Shown in pieces: positions 27,428 through 38,985 of a stretch of 64,000 nt of DNA (the first letter of the stretch is position 1; each line of letters starts with the position of its first letter). Below the pieces are notes generated by a model, which ran no database searches, was not told the origin of the DNA, and worked only from the letters and a program-made list of their open reading frames with translations. This DNA is from Octopus vulgaris (lineage: Eukaryota), in contig OX597818.1 of NCBI GenBank assembly GCA_951406725.2, positions 21,576,001 through 21,640,000 of the forward strand, given 5' to 3'. Position numbers and translations under genes: made by a program.

Positions 27428-27959
27428 GTAACTAGAGTACATAGACTGGTTTCAATTTTCTCATTAATGCTTTAAAAGATTATCACTTTGTATTTTACCT
27501 CTTTTACAGCTAAAAGACTTTAGGTTTACAATGCATAGCAATAAAACATTTCAGGCTTACACCATTTAGGTTATCAGTCCATATGTTATTGTTTCATGAC
27601 CTTAAACTAATGATCACTTAATATATATGAATGTGTGTGTGCCCATATACACATACATACTACTTTTTTTTTTATTAAACCCTGAAGGATGAAAAGCGAG
27701 CTGAACCTGTTAGAATTTGATTAATAATACTTGATCATTACACACACCCACATCTCAGCAGTTACTCATAACCATGTATAACTTGATGGTGAAAAAGTAT
27801 ATCTTCTTCATCAGCAGTGCTTTGCACTTTTATGTTGACCATAGGTGATGGTATTATTATATTTGTAAATACTGCAGAATATTTATTGACAGAGTTGCTG
27901 TAGAGAATCTTGCTCTAGCTTTCACTTTCTTTTATTCTTGTTATTGTGTTTAATGTCCC

Positions 27960-28330
27960 CCTTAAGGGAATTCTGATCAGGTCATCTGCTTCATTGAAAT
28001 GTTGTTTGGTGATAGATATTCTTATGATGAAGTTTTGAGCACTTTCTTTGATGGCTTTCACATTTCAGCTCCTTGTAGAGAATAGCCTTTTGGAAACTAG
28101 TATCCTCTATATGGATCATGTATTCCACCCACTGCAACTGCAATTCCAGCAAAATAGACTCACACAAGGCATATTTGCACAAGATCTGATTGGAGATATG
28201 TCCTTGTCATGAAATAATCATTAAAGATAGTAAATGGTGTAAGTGGCAGCCCATTAGCCTTTTGATGTGTCAGTGATACAGTGTTAGGTCTCAGAAGAAT
28301 ATGACTAACTGGATAGTATTACTGTTCAGT
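27960..28330 (-). mobile_element. RTE (BovB-like) LINE ORF2 C-terminal remnant
   Basis: ESILLELQLQWVEYMIHIEDTSFQKAILYKELK resembles the RTE motif IE..L...QLRW.GHV.RM.D.R.PK.ILY.EL. Confidence 0.7.
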
Positions 28331-29235
28331 GCATTTATTAACAGTTTTGCTGTTTCCACAATCACTCATAGAGCTTCCTGAAAGTGAAAGGGTGCAGTGA
28401 GCCACTTCTGCATCTAGATTTTTCTGTCCTCTTCGGGAAGCAATAGCAGATTTGTATTTCTAGCTATTGGCCTTCAGTTGCCAAGGGTGTTCTTTCCAGA
28501 GTCATGTTATTTGTGCAAACAATCTCTTTTTGAGGCAAAGTTTGTGGCTTTTATTATTATTCATATTACTGGCAGTGGTATTTATGGTGGTGGTCCTGGT
28601 AGAGGGGTTGTTGATGTTGTTGTTGGTGGTTTCACTGCTGGAGATGTCATCTGTTGAAGATACCAAAATGCTGCCAACACCTTCTTCGATGTAAGCGAAA
28701 CAGGTGTTACTGGTGATGGCAATGGTGAGGCTTGGCAGGCCATCACTGTCACAGACAGCTGGAGTGAGAAAATTACCTGCTTTTCTCCTCTCTGTTGTTT
28801 CAGTAAAGGTGGGGTGCTAACTTTGTTGCTCCACCTTTCCGGTATTTCTTACTTTTTCTTGACTCCTTTCCTGGTTTATTAAACAAACAAGTGAAGGAAG
28901 CTATATTAAAATGAATTTTATTTTTAAATCAGTATTTATGAAACTTGAAAAGCACAGAGTTAGCCTGAATGAGGGTAAGAAGAATTAGCCAACCAGTGCA
29001 TTGTGCTATCAGTCAGTTTTACTATAAAACAATGTATGATGGAAAAAAAACCCTTTTATATTGACAAAACTGACAAGAAGTGTAACAAGTCATGACTCAT
29101 GTTTTTAGCAATAATATAATAATTATTTCTTAAATAGGCACAATCTTGACCCCACTAGTCCAAAACTTTTGGGGAGAGGAAAAAGTTGGGTATATAAACC
29201 CCATTATTATATAACCCCCTATTATTTCACTGGTT

Positions 29236-29473
29236 AAGGCGGCGAGCTGGCAGAATTGTTAGCAAGCTGGGCGAAATGCTTAGCCGTATTTCATCTGCTG
29301 TTACGTTCTGAGCTCAAATTCCGCCGATGTCGACTTTGCCTTTCATCCTTTCGGGGTCGATTAAATAAGTACCAGTTACGCACTGGGGTCGATATAATCG
29401 ACTTAATCCATTTGTCTTTCCTTGCTTGTCCCCTCTGTGTTTATCCCCTTGTGGGTAGTAAAGAAATAGGTAT
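29236..29473 (+). mobile_element. SINE family A, best-preserved copy (tRNA-derived head)
   Basis: AAGGCGGCGAGCTGGCAGAA (A-box-like), GAGCTCAAATTCC (B-box-like) and core GTCGACTTTGCCTTTCATCCTTTCGGGGTCGATTAAATAAGTACCAG. CpGs are retained. Confidence 0.9.
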
Positions 29474-29553
29474 TTATTTTATCAGTCTTTGATGTATAAC
29501 TGGCATAGTTGGTGTTGGAGGAACTTGAACTTAAAAGATAAAAGACTGCACTA

Positions 29554-29765
29554 AATATTGGTTTCAAATTTTGGTGCAAGTTTAGCAGTTTCAGGGAGGA
29601 GAGTTGGTTGATTGCATGCACCCTAGTGCTCAACTGGTACTTATTTTATCGACCCACCCCCAAGGGGATGAAAAAGTTGTCCTCAGTAAAATTTGGACTC
29701 AGAGCATGAAGATGGATGAGGTGCTGTTAAGTATTTTGCCGGGTGTGCTAATGATTCTGCCATCT
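29554..29765 (-). mobile_element. SINE family A, inverted relative to 29236
   Basis: CTGGTACTTATTTTATCGACCC...GGATGAAAA...TTTGGACTCAGA...GCTAATGATTCTGCCA. Confidence 0.82.
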
Positions 29766-29780
29766 CAATAATAATAATAA

Positions 29781-30322
29781 TGCAGTACCAGATAGTGGCT
29801 CTCATGACTTCTGATTTTAACGGACTGGAAGTGTTAATTAGTACATTGTTTTATCTTGGTATAAAAGATGGGCGACAACAAATATTCTGCTCAATATCAC
29901 AGATTTGCTTGTCAGTTGTTTGACCATAACCAGTTGAACATGTCCCTTAGTGGCTGATGATATGTGCATCTCTGATCACAAGCAGAAGTAGTGGGGGAGC
30001 ATCATAGCCATGTGTTGAGAGGAATTCTTTGGGGTTTAGATTATTCACTTCTGGAAACATGGGTGTTTCCTTCAACATCCTTAACAACCTTTATTCAGGG
30101 ACCTTTTGAGCTGGATGGGCTACTTGACCTGAAGAAAATTCTAACAGGACCCCACCTGCAAGGTCAAGCACTGTTTATCTTAATATGAGATCACCATATC
30201 ATGCACATATGGGTGTGATGCATGTGCCTGGTGCACCCTTATCTGACAGTCATGATGGGTATATTGGGTTTTATATATTTTACCCTAGTGTCACTTTGAT
30301 GGCATGCGCTACTCTCTCACTC
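29781..30322. mobile_element. ~540-bp interspersed repeat embedded in an (AAT)n tract
   Basis: Block of higher GC than its flanks, bounded by (AAT)n on both sides (29768-29781 and 30323-30355). Recognised from memory as an abundant octopus repeat; class uncertain. Confidence 0.55.
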
Positions 30323-32374
30323 AATAATAATAATAATAATAATAATAATGATAATACCACAACCAGCAACAATTACAACATTAGTTCTAATTGGAATATT
30401 TCATGTAATATGGTTGAGTATAGTGGTTACTAGACTACCACTGCATAAATTTTTAGTTCATATTTGATGCAAGTATTCATTTAATTTTTTCTGTTCATGA
30501 TATTATGTCATGAATAAGTCTATTTTTCTCATTTTCTTAAGCAAATGAATCTAGAACAGTCTGTTTCATGAATCTGTTTTTCTTTTTTTCTTTTTTCTAT
30601 TTTACATGTCTTAGTGGAGTCTAAGCAGTGACTGTGACCCCAACTTTCAAGATCCAAAGATAAGTGGGAGGACAGAAGGATGTTATCCTCAGATAGGAGA
30701 CTTTGCCTGAATGCTTGCAACAGAGTGTACTCTATTAAAGGGCCAATGAGTTAGCTTTTGGTGCAGAACCTTAAACTCTGAATGCTACAGTCCATTTGAC
30801 AATGGATATATATTACACAGCAGTTACAGATGTGGATGGTTTAAAACTGATAAATGATTAAAAGTAGTTTTAAATTTTAAGCAGAAAAAATCCTCTTAAG
30901 AATGGAACAGAAAATCAGTCTGGTGTATCCTCCGTGAATGCATCATATAAAGACAGTTTTTAGTGGTACACCAAACAACCCAACAAGAGGGAGAGCATGT
31001 TGTTATCTCACCAATGAAAGGATGCTTGTATGGTTTAATCAGAGCAAATATTTATTTTGTGTAGATTGTTACCCACCTAAGGTTCTTCAGTATCACTAAT
31101 GTGTTGAAAGATGTCCTACTGTGTGGGTGCTGGGAATCTTATATGTGCTAAGTCTTTCACAGATTGTTTTTTCTTTATTTTGCTTTTAGAAAGTTTGTGT
31201 ATACATGATCTCGTAAAACTCCCACTTACCCGTTTCATTTTTAGTGAATAATCAAATGAATATTTTAATTTTATTTTTGCAAGATATAGTTAGTGATATC
31301 TGTGTATAGGAGAGATTAATTTTCATGAATAACTAGCTATTCAAGGAGTCAATAACTAGCTCTTTTGTAAGTTGACAAGGCATACACTTCTGTTAATATC
31401 TTTTTCTTTTTGTTATTTTCCTAAAGAGCATCCTTCATCATTTGGTGTTTTTTGTATACAAATAGCTTCATATGATCTCCCTCCTATCTTTTATGGCACT
31501 AGACATTCAGTTAGAGCTTTTTAAATTTAGAATTATCTATATTTAGTCCCTATATTCCACGAGGAAAAGTAATTGTTGAGTAGAGCGAAAACTCTACTTA
31601 AGACAATAGACTATATGTAAGGATAAAAATCACTAGAATACCAATACAGCATGAGTTAAGAATAAGTAAATATATGGGGGTTCTATCCTTATTTATTTGC
31701 TGTAAAATTAGGCCTAAGGAAAGCTTTTTTTAGTAACTTGGGATGAAGATCACACTGACCAGTTTCATTGTTATATAATAATTCAGGATCCATTTACTTC
31801 TTGTTCCCAAGATGATGCCAAATAGAAGTAACAGAAGACTACTTATTAAATTGTAAATAAGTAAATGCTATAATAGCACAAGCTATTTTCATGCTGGCAT
31901 GGGTCAGATTGGTTTGACAGGAACTGATGAACCAGAAGATTGCGCTGAGCTCCAGTGCCTGCTTTGGCATGGCTTCTATGACTGGATTCCTTCATAATAT
32001 ATATGTATACACACACACACACACACACTTAGGAAGGAGAATAGGCTTGCTTCAAGCATTAAGCAGGCTTGTTGCAGTTGTTTAGACTTGGGTCAGTTCA
32101 GATCAAGTGTTCCATCAGTGATACTCCGTCTTTTATTTAGACATTGTATATACATTATCCAGTATGTCTGTCCTTTTTCTTTTCTGTTTTTTTTTTTTTT
32201 AGGCAGTAAGGTGTGATTTCAGGAAGATATGGGTGTTATTTGTTGCAGGTTGATGGGCCACTTAGAGGGTTAGCTTATTAGTTTATTAGTAAGTTGAGCA
32301 TCTGTGCAGATATTTCCTTGCTACCGAAAAGGTACTATCTTTATCTTGTAATGGTGAATATTTTCATCAGGCTT

Positions 32375-32593
32375 AAGGTGGTGAGCAAGCAGAATCATTA
32401 GCATATCGGGCAAAATGCTTAGCTACATTTCGTCTGTCTTTATGTTCTGAGTTCAAATGCTACAGAGGTTGACTTTCCCTTTCATCTGTTAGGGGTTGAT
32501 AAAATAAGTACCAGTTGAACGATGCAGTTGATTAATTGATTTACTCTCTCCCCCGAAATTGCTGGCCTAGTGCCAAAATTTTGAAACCAATAT
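32375..32593 (+). mobile_element. SINE family A
   Basis: AAGGTGGTGAGCAAGCAGAATCATTAGC...TTCTGAGTTCAAAT...GTTGACTTTCCCTTTCATC..GGGGTTGATAAAATAAGTACCAG. Confidence 0.85.
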
Positions 32594-32799
32594 TTTTGTC
32601 AGGTTAGTAACTGGAGTGTCTGTATATGAAAAAATTTTAAGCTTTATTTATAGTTCCCACATAACAATGATGATGATATAAAATCTAATCTGTGTTAAGT
32701 CTGCTAAAGTATAGTATTTGTATATTCAAATAATTCAAGAAAAATGTAGGTAAAAAATGTTACATGCTGGGCACTAACAAAATAAGTTATGTTATGCCA

Positions 32800-33097
32800 T
32801 GGTAAAAAGTTTGCTTCCAACTACATGTTTAAATCCACTGAATGGCACATTGGACAGGCTTCTATTATAGCCCCTAGCTAACCAAAACCTGTAACCAAAA
32901 CCTTGTGATTAGATTTGTAGATGGAAATAGAAAGAAGCTCATTGTGTGTATGTGTGTGCATGTGTGTGTATGCATGTATACATTGTGTGTGTGTGTGTGT
33001 GTGTGTTTGTTCCCTCCACCACCACTCAGCAACCAGTCTTAGTTTGTTTATATCCTTGTTATGTAGTGGTTCAGCAAAAGAAACTGATAAAATAAGT
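32800..33097 (+). mobile_element. SINE family B with (TG)n
   Basis: GGTAAAAAGTTTGCTTCC...CTTGTGATTAGATTTGTAGATGGAAA..AAAGAAGC, then (TG)n and GGTTCAGCAAAAGAAACTGATAAAATAAGT. Confidence 0.7.
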
Positions 33098-33099
33098 CA

Positions 33100-34495
33100 A
33101 TGTAATTTCAATGCAAGGAAAGAAAGAGAAATGGACGTTTTGGACACTTGTCTTTTGTCAGTGTAGATGAAAGGAGAACAGGAAGAAAAAAATTGGAAAG
33201 GAAGAAAAGACAATGTTAGGTCAGAAATGAAGTATGTTGGAATAGCAGATAGGAAGTGAGTAATTGGTGCAATATAAATAACAAGCATAAGCAGTGTCAT
33301 TGAAACAAACAGAGAATTGAATGTGTGAACAATGTTGTGAGTGAATGTGTGTATGTATAGTGGAGAATAAAAGTATGGTGAAAAGCATGATAGTGGGTTG
33401 GAAGTGAAGTGTGCATGAGTGAATGTGTAAAGAAAAGGGGTTTTGTGAAATGTAGGTTTGGGCATTTAGCAATGTGTATATGGTAATGTTTTAGAGGAAA
33501 GCAAATTGGTTGCTGATGCCAGCAAATGAAAGATTAACTGTTGTTGCCAAAAAAAGTCTGGAAATTGAGGACTATGGCATTGTATGATCTCACAAACAGT
33601 AGGCTGCAGGCAGGAGTGGCCTGGAGAATTGAATTGTAAGCCTACAGAAATAACTATTTATGTAATGGATGTCCAACAAATGTTCCTTCAAAATAATTGG
33701 CCAGCCTGTTACCAGTTTTCTTAGAATACACTAAACAATTAATTTTGTATTTGAAATAGATGGCATTTCTAGAGTTGAAAGTGAAGCCATCCATGACCTG
33801 AAAAGATAATTAGCATCCATATAGGTATTTAAAAGAGTGAAGAAACTGTGGCCCAGATGGTCTCCCAAATTGCAGTTACATCTCTGAAGGAAGACAAAGG
33901 GTATTCAGGGAAGATGTTCAAAATGACAAGGTTGGATTGAAGGAAATGGAAGTTTCATAGGGTGGCATGCTAGAGAAGTTGATAGAGGGGATGGGAGGTG
34001 AAGAGGAAGGAAAGGCAGTTGGTGGTACAGCAGATATAGGGCAGAAAGTGTGTGTGTGTGTGGGGGGGTAGTCAGTAGGAAGGGCACAGTAGGAAGAGCA
34101 GCATCAGTGGCTGGTAGGGGATCACCACATTGTTGGAGCTGGTAGATTATTTTGTAGTAGCAGCAGTGACAGCTTCAAATTCAGTCTTGAAGGTGGAGGA
34201 ATTGTATGTAGGGGATATCAGATTTGGTGTGAAATGAAATAGGGAGTAAGAGTTGGTAGATTTATGAAAGACATAGGTAGAAAGATTGGGATGGTCAGTA
34301 GAAATGGACTGGTCTAGAAAGTTAGAGATGTGAGGATGATACAAATGAATTCTAAGGTAGAGTAGGAGTTTATGAAGTCAATGAAAGCTGTGAGTTAATG
34401 GGTAAGACTGGTGTCTAGACTCTAAAGCTCTGAGTGGGCATGTATGAAAAGAGCAACCAAGAAACAGATTGGCACTATTGGATACTTCACATAGA
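33100..34495 (-). mobile_element. Degraded Penelope-like element (RT C-terminus, linker, GIY-YIG endonuclease, 3' region)
   Basis: Minus-strand fragments in the expected order: SANLFLG, AFIDFINS, FLDQSISTDHPNLSTYVFHKSTNSYS (cf. FLD..I....LST.VY.KPT.S..YL), NLGDHLGHS (cf. NLRD.LVHS) and FTFNSRNAIY...KKTGNRLANYF (cf. FTC.S.NVIY...GETGRRL..RF). Confidence 0.75.
33134..33161 (-). ncRNA. Decayed (probably inactive) minimal hammerhead ribozyme at the Penelope 3' end
   Basis: Minus strand CUGACAA-A-AGAC(AAGU)GUCC-AAAA-CG-UC. Three A-to-G reversions (33156, 33153, 33141; two at CpG sites) restore CUGACGA-A-GGAC(AAGU)GUCC-GAAA-CG-UC. Confidence 0.55.
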
Positions 34496-35203
34496 TCATA
34501 TCTCTTCCTCCTCTTAGACCAGCCGCCTCGTCAATAACACACGGACACACACACTCGTGCTCTTAGAACTGGAGTTAAAATTTGTGCTTTGGAATTTCTA
34601 AGCAGAAAACCGCTTACCAACAAATTCAGGTTGTAAAAAAACCCTCCCCAAATAAACCAAATTATTATTTCTTTATAATTTATGTTTCATTTTCAAACAC
34701 CATTTAGATACAACTAAAATACACATAGTATAACTCTTTTACTGGTTTCACCTAATGGGCTTTGCAAGGCTGCCATTGTATTCTTTAAAAATAAACTTTC
34801 CTTCAACATTCAGCTGCAAATATAAATTTCATATTTTCATACTAAATTCTATAACCACAGGATATATCCATGCTTAAATTCACAATTTTTCTTTTCTTTT
34901 ATTTATGTGTGTGTTTTGAAGTTGGCATCTCTGCCTGCTTCCCTTAAAAGCTAGCTTGTGCAAACATATATAGCTCATTTCCAATGACTAACAGGCTTAA
35001 CCTTGTACATTTGCCAATATCATTTGGACACCTTTAAACAGCATTGTTCTTTTCAGTGTCTTACTGCTTATATTTCAAACTATTAATGGTTCTAGTTTCC
35101 TGCTTGTTGCTCTTGAATTAGCTTTATCCTCCTTGTTTGAGCTAAGGAAGTTTTCTGGAATTGTTTCCCTACCCTCACCCCTAAGATAACTTTCCGTGAG
35201 TTA

Positions 35204-35267
<64 letters not shown>

Positions 35268-35631
35268 TTTATGCATATGCACATACGATACACACATGTG
35301 CCTCTGGAAGTACACATGTACTTCAGATGTGTAGTATTTGTGTACCTTGTTAAAATTTTATGACACACCTCCAATAAACTTATCAAAACTGAAGTGTTCT
35401 ACACTTAGGTTAGAAATATTTAATTTTATTCAAATTAAAAACCAAAACCCTCACATTTTTTTCATCTGCGTAATCACTATATTAACCATATAATTATCTT
35501 ATTTAGATATATTCAACTTCTTGTATATACATTAAGAAGGTAAGAATTTTAGAATAAACATTATATATATATATATATATAATCATCATCATGATCATTG
35601 TTTAATGTCTACATTCCATACTGGCATGGGT

Positions 35632-35693
<62 letters not shown>

Positions 35694-37559
35694 TTACCCT
35701 ACATCGTTAATTGGTTCTAGGAGACATGACTTCAGTTGAATTAACTTGTCTCTAAGCTAGGCTGAATTTATTTGTCTCTAGGCTAAACCAATAATAACTA
35801 TTCCTAGTTCTGTACTTTATTTATGAATGCATTTTCAATAAAACATGTTTATTAAACACCATGTGTGCTAAAATTTTGTCCTTATGTACAATCATTGATA
35901 CAGTTGACTGTCTCATTTCTAAAGATTGTGCAATTGCTACCACTTTTTTTCCTTTTTCATGTCATTTTATCATAGCCAGCTTATTTTCCAGCTTTATAAC
36001 ATGACTCTTAGCACTTTCACTATGAATTGTCTTAATAGCCATGGGAGCAAAAAATAAAGTCACAAATGAATGGGAATGAGAAAATAGCCAATAAACAGAT
36101 ATAAACAAATCTGAATCCAAAACAACTGTCTTCAGTAATTAAGGAACACATTAAATAATGTAGTTTTGCATATCCCTAAATAGACAGAACAGGATGATTA
36201 CAGCTGAAATAACTTTGGTCATAGGTTTGTTCAAAGTCGATCTGGATCTAAAAAAGATCCACAAGACAGTTATTCCTTATTTCCATTTTGTGCACCATTA
36301 TGATCATCCTCCAAATCTAAAATATCCAATCACTAAAATATTAGGTGCCTCTGTTAACGTCTGTTTTGTTTGCTTGTGTGTTTTCTCTGGTATCTCAATT
36401 TCCTGAAGCCATGATATCCAAATTTCTCATCACTGATTACTAAATAAAACAATTTGTTTTGAAGTTATTGAAGTTTATGCAGTGAGATATACATGCAATA
36501 GTAATGCAAATTATATGAAAAATTATGTCACATGTAATTATATAGTAAACAGAAAATTTCAGATATTGGTTGCTATAATAGTTACTAGTAGCAAAATACA
36601 TCAAAAGACTAGTATGTAGAGAAAACTTGTTTTTACTCTCATTCTTAACGTTTTGGTTAGTATTAGATCAAATATCTTTCATGATTATGTAATAAACTAC
36701 AGCCTTATTTGTCCTCTTCTTTCTTTTCTTAATCACCTTTTCTCTCAACAATTTTTGAGATTGGTTACATCATTTAAAATTCCTGTCTTAAAAAACATTA
36801 ACATTATTACAGTTGGTATGAGAGCAAAAGAGGTGGAGTAGAGTTGGACTGTTTGCTTTAACATTATCCAAAGTTCAGCATCTCATTGTTCTAAAGTGCT
36901 AAATTTTGAATTCTATAAGGAGTAAGTTCATACATCAACTCTTTGATATTATATATATATTATATATATTTTACCTTAAAAAAAGGGCTCTCCATGGTTA
37001 TGTAGCTGCCACCATCGTTACCAGATCCTTCTTTACACAAGATGGATATTATCATCAATGCCACATCATAACAATTTGTTTCTATTATTAAAAGTGATAC
37101 ATTAGCAGAAACAATACCGTGCTAGATTAAATGCTTTATAGTGTCTTGTATGTTCTGAGTTTAATCCCTACTTCTTAATTTTACTTTTTGTCTCTCTATT
37201 TTTTTATAAAATAACTAGCAGTCATGTACAAAGGTTGGTTGATTCAGTTGATTTTACTCAACCTTTATAAATCAAGACCTTATGTCTATATGAAATCATA
37301 TACCTATTCACTATGTAATGAATCGGCATATTGCTACAAGCATTTCATCGGTCCCAGATCAATTGACAAGTTGTTACATTTGCCTACAACCTTGTTATAC
37401 AAGTAAATTCTTGCATAAGAACAAATTTCTTTGATTTATGTGTGGTGACATGATAATATATAAATTCATGAATGTCGAGAATACTAGTTGCTGTGTATTG
37501 AAATGGATACAATGAAGAAATCAATCTAAATTAGCATGGCTCATTGGTATGTTTATTAC

Positions 37560-37773
37560 TAATATTGGTTTCAAATTTTGGCACTAGGCCAGTAGTGGAG
37601 AGATTTAAGTCAATTACATTAACCCCATTGCTCAATTGGTGCTTATTTTATCAATCTTGAAGGGATGAATGACGAAGGCAACTTCGGCAGAATTTGAACA
37701 CAGAATCTAAAGACAGATGAAATGTCGCTAAGCATTTTGCCTGATGTGTCAATGGTTCTGCCAGCTTGCCACC
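37560..37773 (-). mobile_element. SINE family A
   Basis: GGTTTCAAATTTTGGCAC...CTTCGGCAGAATTTGAAC...CGCTAAGCATTTTGCC...CTGCCAGCTTGCCACC. Confidence 0.82.
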
Positions 37774-38469
37774 CTACATTTATTACTGATATTAAAAACT
37801 TAGACATATAAATCAGTAATTTTTATGTTCAAGTTCTATTGCAGTCATAGTTTTTATTTTTTAATAGTCTATCTAATTTAGCTGGTTCTGAAAATAAATG
37901 TATGATATTTTTTAGAGTTGGTGTGAGTACAGTTGGTTACCTTTCCTTCTGCCACTGCATTAACTATAATGTGAGGATAATGACATCACATTGCATAGGG
38001 TTAACTCTCAATGCCTATTGCAGGATTTGATTGTACAGCTTAAAGATTGAAGTGACCTCCCTAATTTTTATTGCTATCCATTGGTACCTCTTTTAATTTA
38101 TAAATGTATTTTTAAAAACAGACTTATAAACTGTCATACTCTTTCTTTCAGTAACACCTTCTTTCTCTCTAAATAGCATTCATGCAGTATGTATGTTTGT
38201 TTTTATAGATGTGTGTATGTGTAATATTGCATTCTTTTATTAAATAGCAGAAAACAATGTTACTGAAGACAACTAGACATTATTCCACCCAAGCTGTTAT
38301 CTAGTAAATATGATCTTAATTAGTATTCATTAATACCATTATCAATATCAAATCTTACTTGCAGTTATTATATTACAAATTTCAGTATTTCAGACTCTTC
38401 AATAGACCTTTGTCTTTTTCCTTATGAAGTTGTTTTCTGTTTTTTTTAAAGATTATAATTGTCAGTTGT

Positions 38470-38985
38470 AGGCAAGATGTTGAACTTCATCTGGTTGTGA
38501 GGCTCCAGCTTTGTAGTCCAGGAGTTTTGCTGAGTATCAATTTACCCCTTAATCATCACTATTCCTTAGGTCTGTACTGGCCCAGGGTGGCAGTACCTGT
38601 CAAGGGCCCTGCTTATGGTTCAGATAGCAGCAGATAGTCCTATGGCTAAGGTATACAGGACTTGGAGAAGGACTGGCCTCTATATAAATATCATATAAGC
38701 CACTGGTGGACAGACATATCCTGATGTCATGTGAATCAGTCCCCCCCCTGTATAAGGGTTGAATAGTGTACCTAGAAGGAGGCTAACAGAGTAAGCTGAA
38801 ATAAACTGGCAGCCGGTAATGAAAAACTACTGCTATATCTTTTCCAAGAAAAACACTATATCTTCAGATTTTGGCATAAATGTCTGTAACCACTGACACC
38901 TGTAAAACAGGCATGGTACCATGGTACATAGAAAGAGAGAGGGGGAGAAAGGGAAGGACAACAAGAGAGAGAAAGAGAGAGAGAA
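38470..38985 (+). mobile_element. Repeat family E (probably an RTE-related SINE); other copies at 54930-55410 and 55478-55735
   Basis: Shared motifs CATCTGGT..GAGGCTCCAG, GGTGG..GTAC.TGTCAAG, GGACTTGGAGAAGG.CTGG and CTGCT.TATCTTTTCC.AAGAAAA (resembles a BovB/RTE UTR motif), with a GA-rich tail. Confidence 0.6.

Noticed and set aside
28560-28870. GC-richer block with a minus-strand AG...GT pair
   Set aside because: All three frames of the putative exon contain stops. More likely decayed retroelement or low-complexity sequence next to the RTE remnant.
29236-29325. tRNA-like A/B boxes
   Set aside because: This is a SINE head, not a tRNA gene: no cloverleaf, and it continues into the SINE core.
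34265-34287. TGAAAGACATAGGTAGAAAGATT resembles mature miR-71
   Set aside because: Several mismatches to a highly conserved miRNA, no complementary star arm nearby, and it lies antisense within the Penelope RT remnant.
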